The notes below the pieces were generated by a model that made no database searches, was not told where the DNA came from, and saw nothing but the letters and a program-made list of their open reading frames with translations. A program made the translations under genes and the position numbers. 64,000 bases of DNA from a bacterium. GTDB lineage: Bacteria; Hinthialibacterota; Hinthialibacteria; Hinthialibacterales; Hinthialibacteraceae. Shown here piece by piece: positions 62,275-64,000 of the stretch. The stretch is from positions 32,001-96,000 of the forward strand of contig CAXXSM010000150.1 in the NCBI GenBank assembly GCA_963663405.2, written 5' to 3'. The stretch's first letter is position 1; each line of letters opens with the position of its first letter.

Positions 62275-63917
62275 GAATGATTCTCCTCGCTGGGCTCGAT
62301 CCAATCATCCACCCGGCGGTCCGGATTCACCGTTATCACCCGGAAATCCCCAATCCGCTTTATTTCGGATGACACTCCCAATAGTTCATGCAAAGTCGGC
62401 ACAATGCTAAGCGTTACCCGGTTCCTTTGACAGACGCGCACAATCGATAATAGATCCGGCATCGAAAGTGTGGGGTCCGCAACCAACACTTCATCCACTT
62501 TCCGCGCCGGCAGCAACCGTTCCAAATCGGCGATCTCCCCCAAGCGGTCTCCATCTTCATGAGTGGACCGGACATTGGAATGCGTAACGAGATACCCCAG
62601 GGGAAGATTCCCCAATTCCGGATATTGTTTCATCGCGGATACAATCTCCATCGCCGTTGGATTGGTTCCCACGACAATGATACGGTCCATATTCATCCCG
62701 CGACGATGCAAGTACCGGTCAAGAACGAGGAATCCCCATCGCCAAGCAAAAAGCGCCGCCGTAAACGATAGTCCGAAAAAACCAAAGACGACTCGCGAAT
62801 ATCCATGAAATTGGTGTTCCCGGAAAATATCCTTAAAAAATAGAAACTGAAAAACAATCGATAGAAAAAGTACAGAGAACGCCGACTTGACCAATTGGAT
62901 CAGCAGCGTTTTCAAATCCATATATTTATCTCGCACGTAAAGCCGGTTGACCCAAAGCGCAAAAACACTTAGAAAGGAAACAACAACCAGCAGGTCACTA
63001 TAGGCGGGCATATCCAACAAATTGTCATATTCGGGAAATGGGTCCGCTGTATTGGAAAAAATTCCGCTGCGAAAATAAAGCCAGTATGAGCCAAGAAAAG
63101 TAAGAGGCGCCAAAACAGCGTCTCCCAATCCTAAAACCATTGGACGAATCCACCGGGCGATACGCTTCTGCCGCCGGTAAGACAATCGGTCGAATAATAG
63201 AAAGAAAAAATAGGGTACACTGATCAACGCTCGCTTCCAAATATCACGAGGCCGCTTAATAAATCGATAGAGTCCCTCCAATCCCAGATTCTGCAACCAA
63301 ACCGGCGCGCGCTTTTCTCTTCCAATTATAAAATTAAATGCGCCACCGATGCCGATCATGACGGATACGCCCAAATCCTCTTTGCGCCGGTGAATCCAAT
63401 TCTCCTGCCTGGGAGCGCCCAAAGCCACAAAGAGGATGTCGGGATTCGCTTCACGCACGATCCCGATGGTTTTCGCTTCTTCCTCTGGATCTTCTTCAAA
63501 CCGGTAGGGAGGACAGTAACTTCCCGCCACAATTAATCCAGGATATTCGTTCTCGAGTTTTCGGGCGGCCGCTTCGGCCACACCTTCCTCGGCGCCTAAA
63601 AAGAAAACACGATACCCTTCCCGCGCCGCCAATGCACACATCTTTGGGACCAAATCGACGCCGGTAATTCGTTCTTTAAGAGGCGTGCGATGAAGATGCG
63701 ACGCGAAAACCACTTGCATCCCATCCGGCACTACCAACTCGGCGTCACGGAGCGTTTGTCTGAATTCCAGATTCCGCCGGGCGCAGATCACCTGCTCAAT
63801 CGCGGGAGTGACAATCTGATGCGGACGCCCGCTTCGAACCATGTCATTGACGCGGGAAATCGCCTCTTCCATGGTCACATTATCGATTTCAACACCAAGA
63901 ATCTCAACACGTTTCAT
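62271..63917 (-). CDS. WecB/TagA/CpsF (GT26) glycosyltransferase fused to a WcaJ-like TM and CoA-binding region
   Basis: PDG, ERITGVDL, VALGAPRQE and RAPVWLQNLGLE; then 4 TM helices, SR, IVVGT, VDEVLVA and IVP. Confidence 0.88.
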   Translation of the reverse strand: MKRVEILGVEIDNVTMEEAISRVNDMVRSGRPHQIVTPAIEQVICARRNLEFRQTLRDAELVVPDGMQVVFASHLHRTPLKERITGVDLVPKMCALAAREGYRVFFLGAEEGVAEAAARKLENEYPGLIVAGSYCPPYRFEEDPEEEAKTIGIVREANPDILFVALGAPRQENWIHRRKEDLGVSVMIGIGGAFNFIIGREKRAPVWLQNLGLEGLYRFIKRPRDIWKRALISVPYFFFLLFDRLSYRRQKRIARWIRPMVLGLGDAVLAPLTFLGSYWLYFRSGIFSNTADPFPEYDNLLDMPAYSDLLVVVSFLSVFALWVNRLYVRDKYMDLKTLLIQLVKSAFSVLFLSIVFQFLFFKDIFREHQFHGYSRVVFGFFGLSFTAALFAWRWGFLVLDRYLHRRGMNMDRIIVVGTNPTAMEIVSAMKQYPELGNLPLGYLVTHSNVRSTHEDGDRLGEIADLERLLPARKVDEVLVADPTLSMPDLLSIVRVCQRNRVTLSIVPTLHELLGVSSEIKRIGDFRVITVNPDRRVDDWIEPSEENHS

Positions 63918-64000
63918 GATGGTACTATTCTAAAAGAGAACCAGTAAATCTGAAAGTAATCCTATCCACCTTTAACCACTAAGCCCTTCAAATCCAACGC

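Overview
Bacterial chromosomal window from a diderm (it carries an lptD-like gene). The prepilin-like and LRR protein styles suggest an uncultured Hinthialibacterota/Sumerlaeota-like lineage, which is an inference only. Contents in order: (1) secreted hypothetical proteins, a DinJ-YafQ toxin-antitoxin pair and crcB-DUF190; (2) a ~24 kb minus-strand surface-glycan cluster (4.2-28.1 kb) with paired nonulosonic-acid genes (2x neuB, 2x neuC, 1x neuA), an intact UDP-sulfoquinovose synthase plus a catalytically degenerate paralog, two FAH-family genes, an ABC flippase-like exporter and glycosyltransferases; (3) two prepilin-like genes and a large secreted CARDB protein; (4) a family of capped, variable 21-residue LRR modules (8 modules in 3 genes), whose giant 6-module gene is split by a 1983-bp ISL3 element with an 8-bp target duplication and a doubled transposase 3' end; (5) housekeeping genes (lptD, lon, accA, pckG, uvrA, rph) and envelope glycosylation genes. 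Four genes are broken by single-base indels in homopolymers, probably assembly errors. Best candidates for undescribed biology are a possible sulfonated nonulosonate pathway and a VLR-like modular LRR repertoire with a shared C-terminal VxxWSLH tag. No rRNA, tRNA, CRISPR array or reverse transcriptase was seen.
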